From: Pyrinomonadaceae bacterium | GTDB lineage: Bacteria > Acidobacteriota > Blastocatellia > Pyrinomonadales > Pyrinomonadaceae | Length of the DNA: 60,568 nucleotides | Direction of reading: 5' to 3' | NCBI GenBank assembly: GCA_051006135.1 | Contig: JBPCIQ010000004.1 | Location: forward strand, 1-60,568 | Shown here: positions 18,077 to 27,191 of the stretch, piece by piece | Numbering within the stretch: the stretch's first letter is position 1 | Layout of the letters: each line of letters opens with the position of its first letter | Translations under genes and position numbers: made by a program | The notes under the pieces: model-generated | What the model saw: the letters and a program-made list of their open reading frames with translations, nothing else | Told to the model about the DNA's origin: nothing | The model's database searches: none

Positions 18077-18828
18077 ATGGCATTCTGGGTGCCCAAGGTG
18101 GCAGACCACCTCTGGCAGGCGACTCTATTTGCGCTCATTGTGCTCGGGGCCACCTTAGCGCTTAAGCACGGACCCGCGCGCGTGCGTCATTCCTTCTGGC
18201 TGCTCGCGTCGGCCAAGTTTATTGTGCCCGCCACCTTCCTGGTCTTCCTGGCAGAGCAGGATTGAGAATATCAGGTCCACAAATAACACAAAGCGCAGCC
18301 TGGCCGCCGGACCTCGCGCAGTCGCCACCACATTGATGGGCCTGGCATTAGTCCTGATGGTTGTAGCCGGCGTGTTCAGCCGCGTCCGCGGCGCGAACAC
18401 TAGGGTTGCAGACACAGCCAACGAGGGTAACGAACCTGTAGATTTAACTTCACAAGCTGAGGAGTCGAGCGCCGCAGATCAGAAGGGAAGGTTACCCCAG
18501 CCGACTCAACCAGCTCGACCAACTCAACCAGCTCAGCCAACTCAACCAACGCGGCCGATTCAACCAACTCGGCCTATTCAACCAGCCCAATCTGCTCAAG
18601 CAACTCCATCTGCTCAACCACCTCAGCCACCGTCGATCATAACGCCTCCTCTACCTCCCAGCGCGCCACAGTGAGAACTCAGGAATCTCCTGCCAAGACA
18701 AAGGAAATGTCTGCACAGAAGCAAGACAAGAAGGTTGATAAGGGAGGGCTGATTGAAGCGCCACTCCTGTTTACCCGGAAGAGGCTAAGAAGCAAAAGAT
18801 CGTACAACTTCGTGCTTGATAAAAAGTA
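18077..18828 (+). pseudogene. BlaR1(M56)/TonB-like membrane protein remnant: N-terminal TMs, a TM plus Pro/Gln/Thr-rich linker, and the first residues of a TonB C-domain. The peptidase core is missing.
   Basis: Three frames are used. 18077-18265 reads VADHLWQATLFAL...LLASAKFIVP then stops. 18222-18674 carries a TM segment and 7 x 18-nt repeats (18501-18626, PTQPAR-like). 18750-18828 encodes PVYPEEAKKQKI..VLDKK*, truncated. The total is about 0.75 kb against the 1.5-2 kb expected. Confidence 0.55.
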
Positions 18829-18902
18829 GGCTGGTCGTGGTTGAGTGCCAGCCATTACCGAGTGCTTGCCTGTTTAAACTCTGCAGCCGCCACTTGCGCA
18901 TA

Positions 18903-18940
18903 AAAGAAGGCCACCCGAATCCGGCGACCTTCTTTATTTT
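18903..18940. terminator. Bidirectional intrinsic terminator-like hairpin
   Basis: AAAGAAGG (18903-18910) / CCTTCTTT (18928-18935), flanked by an A/T run on one side and TATTTT on the other. Lies between the convergent remnant locus and the gene ending at 18994. Confidence 0.55.
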
Positions 18941-18993
18941 AACTCCTGCCTTAGATGCGGTTCAGGCATCTTGCCTGTCACCAAACATCGTCC

Positions 18994-20052
18994 TTAATTC
19001 GCAATCTCAACGATGCCTATGCTTGGTCCCAGAGGATTCACCAACGTCCCGTTGGCATCCTCCATTGTTACTAACAAGCCGAAATCGGGAAGAGTGGTTT
19101 CCGATTGGACCTGACCTTCGTTGCGTCCTGGCATATTTGTGATCTGGCCAAGTTTCACGAATTGATTGTCTGGCGACACCGCCCAGACCGTGAACATCTT
19201 CCCCGTGGGTGCTTCTTTCAGGTCGTGGAAACGCAGCTTCACTTCCGTCGGTCCATCTTTGCGCGGCTTGATGAAGACGTTAGCACGCGCTCCGGTCATG
19301 GCGCCGCTGAAATTGATCTTCATCTTGGTATCGTCGCCCTTCTTGTATGCCGGTATGTTGAGCATCGGCACCGTATAACTAGTGGCGGCGGTGGTTGCAA
19401 CGGTGGTTACAGCGGTGGTGACAGCGGTCGGGGCAACGGTGGTCACAGCGGTCGGTGTAACGGTGGTGACAGCTGTGGTGGCAACGGCTGCCTCTGTTGT
19501 GCTGGCTGCTACCTTTTCGCCAACCGGATTCGTCGTGTGCGGAATTACGGCGAAGCCTTCTGGTACGGCGCTCCGGAAGAAGACTTTCGTGTTTGGATCG
19601 TAGGCTGTCAGGCTCGCTTCCGGTGAAGCGACCAGCATGAATTTGCTGAGCGGCGTTGTGGTGGTGAATGTTCCTACTCCGTTGGTCACTGCCACCGGCC
19701 CAAGAGACGTAACTACCCCGGCGTCGTCCACCGCGTAGAGGTTGATTCCTGTTACATCCGCGGGCACGTCCGTTACGTTCAAAACGATCTTGGTTCCATT
19801 GTCATCCCGCAGGATTGTGGCAACACCTTTCGACTTGCTTAGAGTTACCGGATTTAAGTTAATCTTTACTTCTTTGCCGACTGGATACTCGATCACGGTA
19901 AACGTTCCATCGGGATGCTGCACTGTCTTGGTAACTGTGGTTGGCGTTTGGGTAACTGTTGTGGTGGTTATAGGTTCTTGTCCCAACGCGAGAGCGCCAG
20001 ATGAAAGAACCAGTATCGCTCCGGCGAGCACTGATATCGGTTTTTTACTCAT
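18994..20052 (-). CDS. Secreted protein with two related beta-rich domains resembling the RskA anti-sigma-K C-terminal domain, joined by a Thr/Ala/Val repeat linker
   Basis: Start at ATG 20052 (AAGGAGAA RBS) with signal peptide MSKKPISVLAGAILVLSSGALALG. Both halves end ...F.LV.. and contain Y/W-AV..G....LG. TAVTTV repeats are encoded at 19383-19497. The ORF-track extension to 20553 overlaps the next gene and is rejected. Confidence 0.6.
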   Translation of the reverse strand: MSKKPISVLAGAILVLSSGALALGQEPITTTTVTQTPTTVTKTVQHPDGTFTVIEYPVGKEVKINLNPVTLSKSKGVATILRDDNGTKIVLNVTDVPADVTGINLYAVDDAGVVTSLGPVAVTNGVGTFTTTTPLSKFMLVASPEASLTAYDPNTKVFFRSAVPEGFAVIPHTTNPVGEKVAASTTEAAVATTAVTTVTPTAVTTVAPTAVTTAVTTVATTAATSYTVPMLNIPAYKKGDDTKMKINFSGAMTGARANVFIKPRKDGPTEVKLRFHDLKEAPTGKMFTVWAVSPDNQFVKLGQITNMPGRNEGQVQSETTLPDFGLLVTMEDANGTLVNPLGPSIGIVEIAN

Positions 20053-20103
20053 GCGAACTTTTCTCCTTACTAACGAATCGCTATTATTTGGCCTTGCTTC
20101 TAA

Positions 20104-20135
20104 CAAGCTGCCTTCAAACGGGCAAGCTGCCTTCA
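20104..20135 (-). promoter_or_regulatory. Direct 13-bp repeat (TGAAGGCAGCTTG on the coding strand) x2 with 19-bp periodicity, 52-83 nt upstream of the 20052 start
   Basis: CAAGCTGCCTTCA at 20104-20116 and 20123-20135, both exact. Confidence 0.4.
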
Positions 20136-20428
20136 GATTGGGGGGTGATACTGCTGGGGGGAAGATTCTAAAAGGGCTAATACTTAAGTAGGTGGCAATA
20201 CCAATGCCAGTTAGCAGCCGGGTCAGTGAAGTTGCCCGCCATCGCAGAAAGATCATGAAATAAACATCCAGCGCACTCAAAGTTGTCGAACTATTGACAA
20301 AAGCCTTTCGGATTAATGGTGAGAGATAACGGCGTTGTAAGTTCAAGCTACATTTGGTGAAGGAAACGTGCAACCGAAGCATACAGGTGTACGCGATCGC
20401 ATTTGGGAATCTCTTTGATGAAGATTTG

Positions 20429-22738
20429 CTAGTACGCGAGGAGTTCCTTGATTGCTTTTGCCACATCAGACGCCTGCGGGAGGATTGCTTCCTCAAGTTG
20501 CGGAGCGTAGGCGACAAAGGTATCGAGTGCGGCGACCCGACGCACCGGCGCATCGAGATGCTCGAACAACTCGTCCGAAATGCGGGCTGCGATTTCGGCC
20601 CCGTAACCGAAGGAGAGGGAGTCTTCGTGAGCTACGATAACTCTGTTGGTCTTCATGACAGTCGCAGCGATGGCATTCCAATCGTAAGGAGCCAGGCTGC
20701 GCAAATCGACGATCTCGATACTGATACCCTGTTGCTCAGCTTGCTTCGCTGCCACAACTGAACGTTGCACAAGCGCGCCGTAGGTGATGATCGACATGTG
20801 AGTGCCTTCGCGCACAGTCCTGGCTTTACCGAAGGGAATCATGAAATCGTCCGGTGGGTATTGCGATTTGTTGTAGGCCTGACGGTAGAGATGTTTGTGC
20901 TCGAGAAACAGTACCGGATCGTCGCAGCGAATCGCGGTGCGCAATAGACCATTCGCGTCAAGGGCATTAGAAGGATAGAGCACTCGCAATCCAGGAATCT
21001 GCGTGAAAGTAGAAACGCCAGACTGCGAGTGATAAACCGCACCGCCTTTCAGGTACCCACCGATCGGGACGCGAATCACGAGCGGCGCTTTCCATTCGTT
21101 GCCTGAGCGCCAGCGCAGCAGTGCCAGCTCGTTGCGAATCTGGTGCATGGCGGGCCAGATATAATCAAAGAATTGAATCTCGACCACTGGTTTCAGCCCG
21201 CGCGTGGCCATGCCAATTGCGCGGCCGACGATGTTGGCCTCGGCGAGAGGTGAATTAAAGACTCGGGCGCCGCCAAACTTCCTCTGCAGGTTTGCCGTGA
21301 CCTTGAACACCCCGCCTTTACCTTTGACCTTTTCCAGATAAGTGTCGCGCGAAACATCGGCAACGTCCTCGCCAAATACGATCATGCGCGGATCGCGGGC
21401 CATCTCGGTGTGCAGGCAGCGATTGATCAGGTCAACCATGGTCCCCGCGTTTCCGGAGAGCTCGGCTCCCTCTTCGGTATCAAACTGCTGCGAACAGGGA
21501 TCGACATCCGGGGAAAAGACATAGAGTTTGGCAGTATCAGGAGCCGGCTGGGGACTGGCGAGCGCCTGGTCGGCAGCTTCAGTAATTTCCTTGTCGATGT
21601 CGTCCTTAATCCTCTGCAAACCGTCCTGGTTGATGATGCCCTCGTCTATTAACAACGCGCCAAAGCGCTTGACCGGATCGCGCTCCGAATCAGCGGTGCG
21701 CTCCTCATCAGGACGATAGAGCCGCTCATCATCAGAGAGCGAGTGGGAGTAGGGGCGGATCACTTTTGCATGGACCAACGCAGGTCCCAGGCCTTCACGG
21801 CAGTGTTGCACTGCGCGTTCCATCGCGGCGTAAGACTCGAGAACATCGGTACCGTCACAACGCTCTACGAGAAGATTGGGAAAGTTTTCCACGAGCCTGG
21901 AAACGTTTCCGCCCGGCGTTTGCACTTCAACTGGAACGCTGATCGCGTAGCCGTTATCTTCAAGCAAGAACAGCACCGGAAGCTTAAGGTTGCAGGCCGT
22001 ATTCAAAGCTTCCCAGCACTCTCCTTCACTGCTTGTTCCGTCACCCAGCGAAGCGTAAGCCACTTCATCCGCGTGAAAGGGCACCCGTTCCTTTAGCTCC
22101 CTAATCAATTTGACGCGGTATCCCGCTTCCGCACAGCCCACTGCCTGAAGCAGCTGTGTTCCGGTGGGAGAGGATTGCGAAACGATGTTGAGTCTCTTAA
22201 GCCCCCAGTGTGAGGGCATCTGGCGGCCGTGCGAGTTTGGATCTTTCTCGGCCCCCACGGCGGCAAGCAATTGTTCGAGTGGGGTCATCCCCAGTTGCAG
22301 ACAAAGAGCACGATCGCGATAGTAGGGGTAAAACCAGTCATAGCCCGGTTTCAGAACCATGCCAGCGGCCACCTGCACAGCTTCATGGCCGGCGCCGCTA
22401 ATCTGGAAAAAAATCCTATTCTGTGCCTTGAGTTGAATTTCTTTGTCGTCAATCTTCCGCGAAAGATACATCGTGCGATAGATCGCGATCATCTGCTCGC
22501 GACTGAGTCCGGGACGCTCAGGTTGCTCTTTTGCTTGAGCTACTTGAGGGACAGTCGCGGTTGCAGCCGGCGCGAACTGTTCGGCTACTGCCGACCCTTC
22601 CGCCAGATGCAGATCTTGAGGCACAGCTGTGGGCCTGGAGGTTGGCTGACTTGCCGTCGCTGGTTCGGCACCGGATTGGGGGTCGGTCAGTGGCCCGGTT
22701 TTTCTAACCAGTTTTAGTACCTTCATGTCAGGTTTCAT
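20429..22738 (-). CDS. 2-oxoacid (branched-chain/pyruvate type) dehydrogenase E1 component, fused alpha-beta subunits
   Basis: 769 aa. The N-half carries the E1-alpha ThDP motif ([15 protein letters not shown]) and the C-half is E1-beta/transketolase-like (VFGEDV...[23 protein letters not shown]). Confidence 0.85.
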   Translation of the reverse strand: MKPDMKVLKLVRKTGPLTDPQSGAEPATASQPTSRPTAVPQDLHLAEGSAVAEQFAPAATATVPQVAQAKEQPERPGLSREQMIAIYRTMYLSRKIDDKEIQLKAQNRIFFQISGAGHEAVQVAAGMVLKPGYDWFYPYYRDRALCLQLGMTPLEQLLAAVGAEKDPNSHGRQMPSHWGLKRLNIVSQSSPTGTQLLQAVGCAEAGYRVKLIRELKERVPFHADEVAYASLGDGTSSEGECWEALNTACNLKLPVLFLLEDNGYAISVPVEVQTPGGNVSRLVENFPNLLVERCDGTDVLESYAAMERAVQHCREGLGPALVHAKVIRPYSHSLSDDERLYRPDEERTADSERDPVKRFGALLIDEGIINQDGLQRIKDDIDKEITEAADQALASPQPAPDTAKLYVFSPDVDPCSQQFDTEEGAELSGNAGTMVDLINRCLHTEMARDPRMIVFGEDVADVSRDTYLEKVKGKGGVFKVTANLQRKFGGARVFNSPLAEANIVGRAIGMATRGLKPVVEIQFFDYIWPAMHQIRNELALLRWRSGNEWKAPLVIRVPIGGYLKGGAVYHSQSGVSTFTQIPGLRVLYPSNALDANGLLRTAIRCDDPVLFLEHKHLYRQAYNKSQYPPDDFMIPFGKARTVREGTHMSIITYGALVQRSVVAAKQAEQQGISIEIVDLRSLAPYDWNAIAATVMKTNRVIVAHEDSLSFGYGAEIAARISDELFEHLDAPVRRVAALDTFVAYAPQLEEAILPQASDVAKAIKELLAY

Positions 22739-22766
22739 ACACAGTTCATTTTAGCTGTGCCACGCT

Positions 22767-23162
22767 TCACTTCGCATTGATCCCATACTCAGTCGATAGT
22801 ATCGTACGGTATTCTTCAGCCATCGAAGGGTGCCCGTGCGCTAGAGCTGCTTCAATTCCTCGACGGTAAGCATCACTTGCTTTATCTCGGTCGCCGGTTT
22901 TCTCATACGCGGAAGCCAACATCCCAAACGCGTTTCCTTCGTCGTCAGAGTTGGCCAGATAGCGATCCAGCATTTCAACCAGTGCTTCATTCAGACCGGC
23001 CTTCTCATACTCTTTTGCGAGACCGAAGAGCACGCTGCTGTTACTGGGATCCGATTCCAGTATCTGTTTGAAAATGTCGATTCTCGATGTGGACACTGTG
23101 CGAACCCTTCTGTGCGTCCTGGTTTTTTGTTTCCTTCTTGGTAAGTCAGACCGCACGGTCAT
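22767..23162 (-). CDS. Small TPR-like protein
   Basis: Helical repeats (LFGLAKEYEKAGL, LASAYEKTGDRDKASDAYRRGIE). The basic N-terminus may not be translated. Confidence 0.5.
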   Translation of the reverse strand: MTVRSDLPRRKQKTRTHRRVRTVSTSRIDIFKQILESDPSNSSVLFGLAKEYEKAGLNEALVEMLDRYLANSDDEGNAFGMLASAYEKTGDRDKASDAYRRGIEAALAHGHPSMAEEYRTILSTEYGINAK

Positions 23163-23187
23163 CCAGCACCTTGCATGGACAGCTTAC

Positions 23188-24369
23188 TCATTTCCCAATC
23201 AGCAATTTCGCGATCGTCTGCAACTGCATGTTGGAGGTGCCTTCGTAAATTGCGCCAATCTTGGAATCGCGCCAGAATTTTTCGACAGGGTAATCCTTTA
23301 CAAAGCCATAGCCACCATAGAGCTCGATGGCAACGGAACTGATTCGTTCGGCAGCACGCGAGGAGTAGAGTTTACCCATCGCCGCCTCTTTGACGAAGTT
23401 CAAACCCGCATCCTTCATGCGCGCCGCGTTGTAGACCATTAAACGCGCGGCCTCCAGTTCCGTGGCCATTTCGGCCAATTGAAACTGAACGCCTTGAAAC
23501 TGATTAATCGACTTGCCAAATTGCTGGCGCTCGCTTGTATAGGCAAGTGCCGCCTCCAGCGCGCCGCGAGCGATGCCGATCATCTGAGCCCCTATGCCAA
23601 TGCGGCCTTCATTCAATGTCTCAATCGAAACTTTGTAGCCTTTGCCTACGTCGCCAAGCACATTCTCTTTGGGCACTTTGCAATCCTCCAGAATCAATTC
23701 GGTTGTGGAAGACGCTCGAATTCCCAGCTTGTTCTCTTTCTTGCCGACAGAGAAACCAGCGAAGTTCTTCTCGACGATGAATGCCGTGATGCCGCGATAA
23801 CCGGCGTCCGGATTTGCGTTGGCAAACAGCACAAATATCTCGGCTTCGATCCCGTTTGTGATCCAGAGCTTCTGTCCATTGATCAGATAGTGGTCGCCTT
23901 GATCCGTGGCACGAGTTTGCATGGCAAAGGCGTCTGAGCCTGACCCAGCCTCACTTAGCGCATAGGCCCCCACACTCTTACTAGCAAGTTGCCCGAGATA
24001 TTTCTTCTGTTGCTCCGGAGTGCCCCACCGAATCACGGCGTTATTGACGAGGGTGTTTTGTACGTCAACGAATACACCAACCGAGGCATCAACCCGCGAA
24101 AGCTCTTCAACCGCAAGAATCGAGTTGAAAAAGGTTGAGCCGGCGCCACCAAACTCTTCCGGAGTTTCAATAGCCATAAGCCCGAGGTCGAAACACTGCT
24201 TAATGAGCGCGGGGTCGAGTTTGGCCTGTTCATCCATTTCTTCGACTCGGGGGCGCAGCTCTCCCTCCGCGAATTCCCGCACGCTGGCGCGAAACATCTG
24301 CTCGTCTTCCGAGAGCGTCGTCAAAGGAAGCCCGGACTTTTGTTCGATGACTGTTTGACTCTGACTCAT
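23188..24369 (-). CDS. Acyl-CoA dehydrogenase (short/branched-chain type)
   Basis: Family-wide match (ALSEAGSGSD, WITNG, YEGTSNMQ). Start moved to ATG 24369 after GAGGTG. Confidence 0.9.
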   Translation of the reverse strand: MSQSQTVIEQKSGLPLTTLSEDEQMFRASVREFAEGELRPRVEEMDEQAKLDPALIKQCFDLGLMAIETPEEFGGAGSTFFNSILAVEELSRVDASVGVFVDVQNTLVNNAVIRWGTPEQQKKYLGQLASKSVGAYALSEAGSGSDAFAMQTRATDQGDHYLINGQKLWITNGIEAEIFVLFANANPDAGYRGITAFIVEKNFAGFSVGKKENKLGIRASSTTELILEDCKVPKENVLGDVGKGYKVSIETLNEGRIGIGAQMIGIARGALEAALAYTSERQQFGKSINQFQGVQFQLAEMATELEAARLMVYNAARMKDAGLNFVKEAAMGKLYSSRAAERISSVAIELYGGYGFVKDYPVEKFWRDSKIGAIYEGTSNMQLQTIAKLLIGK

Positions 24370-24721
24370 CTTCACCTCTGGCATCCGGGCCACGATGATC
24401 GACCCCGGCCTCGCTGCAGATTCGTTAAGGGATTTGCACTTGAACATCCAGCATCATAATCAACGGAAAAGTTAAAGGCAAAAGGCGGACAGCCCGCGCG
24501 TTAGCGGCCTCACGCCTTAAGGCCTGCTTGATAGCGGTCGTGCTGCTCGCCATCCACTCTTGTCGCGGCTCATGAAGTCAGAAGCTTGATGGTACGCGAG
24601 CTCCACTATCCTTGCTCTAAGAGAGCGAGGGGCATGCAGCTTGCCGGGTGCAATTAAGCAGATGCATGATACGGGCGCAGATCTCAATTTAGAATTCGGG
24701 CCGAAGCAATCTACTAGAGGA

Positions 24722-25819
24722 ATGTCCAAACCCTCCACCAGCGGCAGCAAAACCAGAAGACTCGCGCCTATCGGCATCCTGTTCGCAGTTCTGGGGCTGT
24801 TACTCTTTGCCTACTCGGTCAAAAACGTCGGGGTTTCGCAAATCACCGACGGTATTCAGCGACTGGGAGCCGGCTTCCTGCTTGTGCTGGCGCTTTCCGC
24901 GGTACGTCAGAGTGTTCGCTCGCTCGCCTGGACCAAATGCTTTGAGCCGCCATATAGAATTACCTTTCGAGATGCTTTTGCGGCGCGAGTAATGGGTGAC
25001 GCGCTGGGGAACATCATACCTCTCGCCAGCGTGGCCGTGAGTGAACCGTCAAAAGCCGCGTTTGTGAGACACAGGGTGCCGCTTATGGCGGGTCTGTCGG
25101 CCCTGGCGATTGAGAATATCTTTTATAGCCTTTCGGTCGTGCTTTTTATTTTCTCCGGCATGACGGCGCTATTACTTAGTTTCTCTCTACCGAAACCTTT
25201 GCGTTATGCAGCGTTGGGTTCTCTGGTAGCAATAATCATCATCGCCCCACTCTGCTATCTGGTTGTTCGCAACCGCTGGAAGTTTTTAAGTGGGGCATTC
25301 TCATGGCTGCACAGTTTCGCGGGCGAACGAAGCTGGACCGGAAAAGCTAATGCGCGCGCGCAAACTTTGGAGGAATGCATCTACGGGTTTTACGACCGAA
25401 ACCGCGGACGCTTTCTTGCGATATTCGCGCTCGAGATTTGTTTCCACCTGGCAGGCATTACTGAAATTTACGTAACGCTCTTTTTTGTCAGCGAAACCGT
25501 TGCGCCCACACTGCTCACTGCTTTCATTCTGGAATCAGTCAACCGCGTGATCAATGTTGTCTTCAAATTTGTGCCATTGCGCACTGGAGTGGATGAATAT
25601 GGGTCAGGCGCGCTGGCGAAGGTCTTAGGATTTGCGAGAGCAAGCGGCGTAACGCTGGCAATAGTGCGCAAGGCACGAGATATCTTTTGGACGACGATTG
25701 GCGTCGCTTTGATCGTTCGGCGAGGACTATCGCTGCGCGCCGCTGCTTATCAGGGTGAAGAAGTCGGTGATGAAATCAAGATTGCGGCAGGAAAAGCACC
25801 CAGCCTCCCGGCCGGTTGA
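24722..25819 (+). CDS. Membrane protein of the lysylphosphatidylglycerol-synthase TM-region (flippase-like, UPF0104) family
   Basis: N-terminal basic stretch followed by 8 or more TM segments, in a pattern typical of the family. Start set at ATG 24722. Confidence 0.6.
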   Translation: MSKPSTSGSKTRRLAPIGILFAVLGLLLFAYSVKNVGVSQITDGIQRLGAGFLLVLALSAVRQSVRSLAWTKCFEPPYRITFRDAFAARVMGDALGNIIPLASVAVSEPSKAAFVRHRVPLMAGLSALAIENIFYSLSVVLFIFSGMTALLLSFSLPKPLRYAALGSLVAIIIIAPLCYLVVRNRWKFLSGAFSWLHSFAGERSWTGKANARAQTLEECIYGFYDRNRGRFLAIFALEICFHLAGITEIYVTLFFVSETVAPTLLTAFILESVNRVINVVFKFVPLRTGVDEYGSGALAKVLGFARASGVTLAIVRKARDIFWTTIGVALIVRRGLSLRAAAYQGEEVGDEIKIAAGKAPSLPAG

Positions 25820-25843
25820 TCCTCACCCGGAACCTGCGAGCGA

Positions 25844-26941
25844 TCATTCATAAGCCAACGCGCTCACGGCATCCAGATTGGCAGCGCGGATTGCCGGATA
25901 GAGCGCTCCCACAGCTCCGCCCACGAGACCAATTGACGCCGCAGTTAGAGCCCACGCCCAGCTAAACTCGAACATAAGCCCGTAAAAACGGTGGATGAAG
26001 TAACCTGCAAAAAATGAGAGGATAAAACCGGCGATTAACCCAATGACGCTGATCAGCATGGCCTCTTTTTCAATGAGGCCGATAATGAAACCGCGTGAGG
26101 CTCCCAGCGCTTTCAGGATACCGATCTCGCGAGTTCTTTCCGTGATCGTTGTGTACATCGCGAGCATAACTACCAGGGCGCTCACTACCGCTGCCAACCC
26201 GACAAGCACGCGCAAGAAGACGCCCAGGTACGGGATGCTCTGCTCCGGGCTGACAAAAACATCTTCGGTAAACTGAATCTTGTTACCTGGTAATGCCTGG
26301 GCTATTCGTTTTGCAATCTCTCTTTTATCGCTCCCATTGCGTACCTTGACCATGATGTAAGTGGCTTTGTCGCGCGCCTCAATCGCTTCCTGCATTGCGG
26401 CAAGCGGCATCTTCACGCGGGCAGTCGACTCAGGCGAGTAGAGGCCCACAACGCGGTATGGTCTATCACCAAAAATCTTAATTTCACTACCCACACCAAG
26501 TTTGTTGTTGCGCGCCTTTGTTTCGTCGATCACAACCTCGTACATGCCCTGTGGCGCACGGCCGGCGATAAGCTGAATGCCATTAATCCTGGAAAAGGGT
26601 TCCCAATCGACACCTTCTATCCGCTCCAACCCGAAACCGCGATTGCCCTGGAGTATATGGACGATCACAGGCAGTGCATCTTCCACACCGTCGACTGCCT
26701 TCAGTAGTGCGACATACTTCGTATTTAGATTCGCTGTGGAGGAAGTTAACTGCATTGAACCCGGACGCGTGAAAACTATTTCCGCGCGGAGGTTTGAAGC
26801 ACGACGCATCATATCATTCGACATGCCACGCGCGAGACCGGTAAAAAGCATTATCAGGGCGACACCAAGCGCGACGCCCGCAACGCTCACAAGCGTGCGA
26901 ACAGGTCGTTGGCTGATATTAGAGCGAATTAGATTGTCCAT
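25844..26941 (-). CDS. FtsX/MacB-type ABC transporter permease (MacB_PCD plus FtsX domains), with no ATPase gene nearby
   Basis: N-terminal TM, about 200-aa periplasmic domain and a C-terminal 3-TM FtsX module (EIGILKALGASRGFI). Confidence 0.8.
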   Translation of the reverse strand: MDNLIRSNISQRPVRTLVSVAGVALGVALIMLFTGLARGMSNDMMRRASNLRAEIVFTRPGSMQLTSSTANLNTKYVALLKAVDGVEDALPVIVHILQGNRGFGLERIEGVDWEPFSRINGIQLIAGRAPQGMYEVVIDETKARNNKLGVGSEIKIFGDRPYRVVGLYSPESTARVKMPLAAMQEAIEARDKATYIMVKVRNGSDKREIAKRIAQALPGNKIQFTEDVFVSPEQSIPYLGVFLRVLVGLAAVVSALVVMLAMYTTITERTREIGILKALGASRGFIIGLIEKEAMLISVIGLIAGFILSFFAGYFIHRFYGLMFEFSWAWALTAASIGLVGGAVGALYPAIRAANLDAVSALAYE

Positions 26942-27191
26942 CGGTCTAGTGGTTCAGGAACAGACGACGAGCGGCCACCAACTTCTCTATCGGTTCACCA
27001 GCGGACTATACCTTAAGCCTAGTTGGCTGCCGCCACCAACCGCGATTAAACAGCTTGCCCAGTTTCGACTCGCTTATTACCGGACTTTGTATTGCAGACG
27101 GAACACCAGCACCCCATACAGCAATCCTTACTAGTTTCGTCTATAATCCCGGCCATTCAACAGCAGGGGATTGAGATTCTTGGCAGGTCAC

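Noticed and set aside
18501-18626. A regular 18-nt repeat array, considered as a possible CRISPR or mini-satellite
   Set aside because: The units are contiguous with no spacers and stay in phase with a reading frame encoding PTQPAR-type repeats. This is a Pro-rich linker of the TonB-like remnant, not a CRISPR.
19383-19497. Repeats of about 24 nt (AACGGTGGTNACAGCGGT...), considered as a CRISPR-like array
   Set aside because: They are contiguous and in frame, and encode a Thr/Ala/Val linker within the 18994..20052 CDS.
20053-20553. N-terminal extension of ORF 18994..20553 (519 aa)
   Set aside because: The extension overlaps the 3' end of the E1 gene and has a junk-like composition. A strong RBS, an ATG and a signal peptide occur at 20052.
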